Part shown: in pieces, positions 63,947-64,000 of the stretch
Position numbering within the stretch: position 1 is the stretch's first letter
How the letters are laid out: every line of letters starts with the position of its first letter
Source: an uncultured Pseudomonas sp.
GTDB taxonomy: Bacteria; Pseudomonadota; Gammaproteobacteria; Pseudomonadales; Pseudomonadaceae
NCBI GenBank assembly: GCA_963529135.1
Contig: CAURYQ010000003.1
Span: 19,827-83,826, forward strand
Reading direction: 5' to 3'
Length of the DNA: 64,000 bases
Position numbers and translations under genes: made by a program
Notes under the pieces: generated by a model
The model's database searches: none
The model's input: the letters and a program-made list of their open reading frames with translations, nothing else
What the model was told of the DNA's origin: nothing

Positions 63947-64000
63947 GAAAATTACTTAGTCGCGGTAGGGCATTTGGCCAGCACTGTACGGCATTTGTTG

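Larger units (their letters stand above)
21040..64000. mobile_element. Genomic island carrying a Dot/Icm-like type IVB secretion system (left junction in the window; right end beyond the window)
   Basis: Abrupt fall in GC and an AT-rich 0.9-kb leader directly after the core-gene terminator. All downstream genes are T4BSS components or unknowns. No integrase or tRNA seen at this end. Confidence 0.75.

Overview
High-GC Pseudomonas-like (putida-group-like, inferred from gene content) chromosomal segment. All homology calls come from motifs and gene order that I recognise by eye, because no searches could be run. Bases 1-21,035 hold ordinary chromosomal genes: the hrpB 3' end, a NYN/exonuclease pair, an EamA exporter, rhlE, an HDAC-like enzyme, tesB, a siderophore-type ABC importer and a GabP-like permease. 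This stretch is interrupted at 7.8-9.6 kb by a decayed permease remnant and two tandem, low-GC orphan Rhs-core/C-terminal-domain genes with no immunity gene. From about 21,040 to the window end the GC content drops, operon leaders become AT-rich, and a genomic island begins whose right end is not in the window. The island encodes a near-complete Dot/Icm-like type IVB secretion system: IcmM?-IcmL-IcmK-IcmE-IcmG-IcmC-IcmD-IcmJ-IcmB, DotL, an IcmV-like protein, a lytic transglycosylase, DotD-DotC-DotB, IcmT, DotM, a DsbC/TrbB-like protein, DotA and an OmpA-like DotK analogue. About 20 further ORFs have unknown function. No relaxase, oriT protein, integrase or tRNA is visible in the 43 kb seen. 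The cargo instead includes a DUF2235/Tle1-type lipase, an M23 peptidase operon with three secreted paralogues, and small two-gene cassettes, which suggests an effector-delivering, possibly antibacterial, T4BSS. The most distinctive single feature is a 150-aa mini-intein with the class 3 (Trp-Cys-Thr, non-nucleophilic residue 1) signature, inserted exactly in the Walker A P-loop of the DotL coupling ATPase. No rRNA, tRNA or CRISPR array was found.
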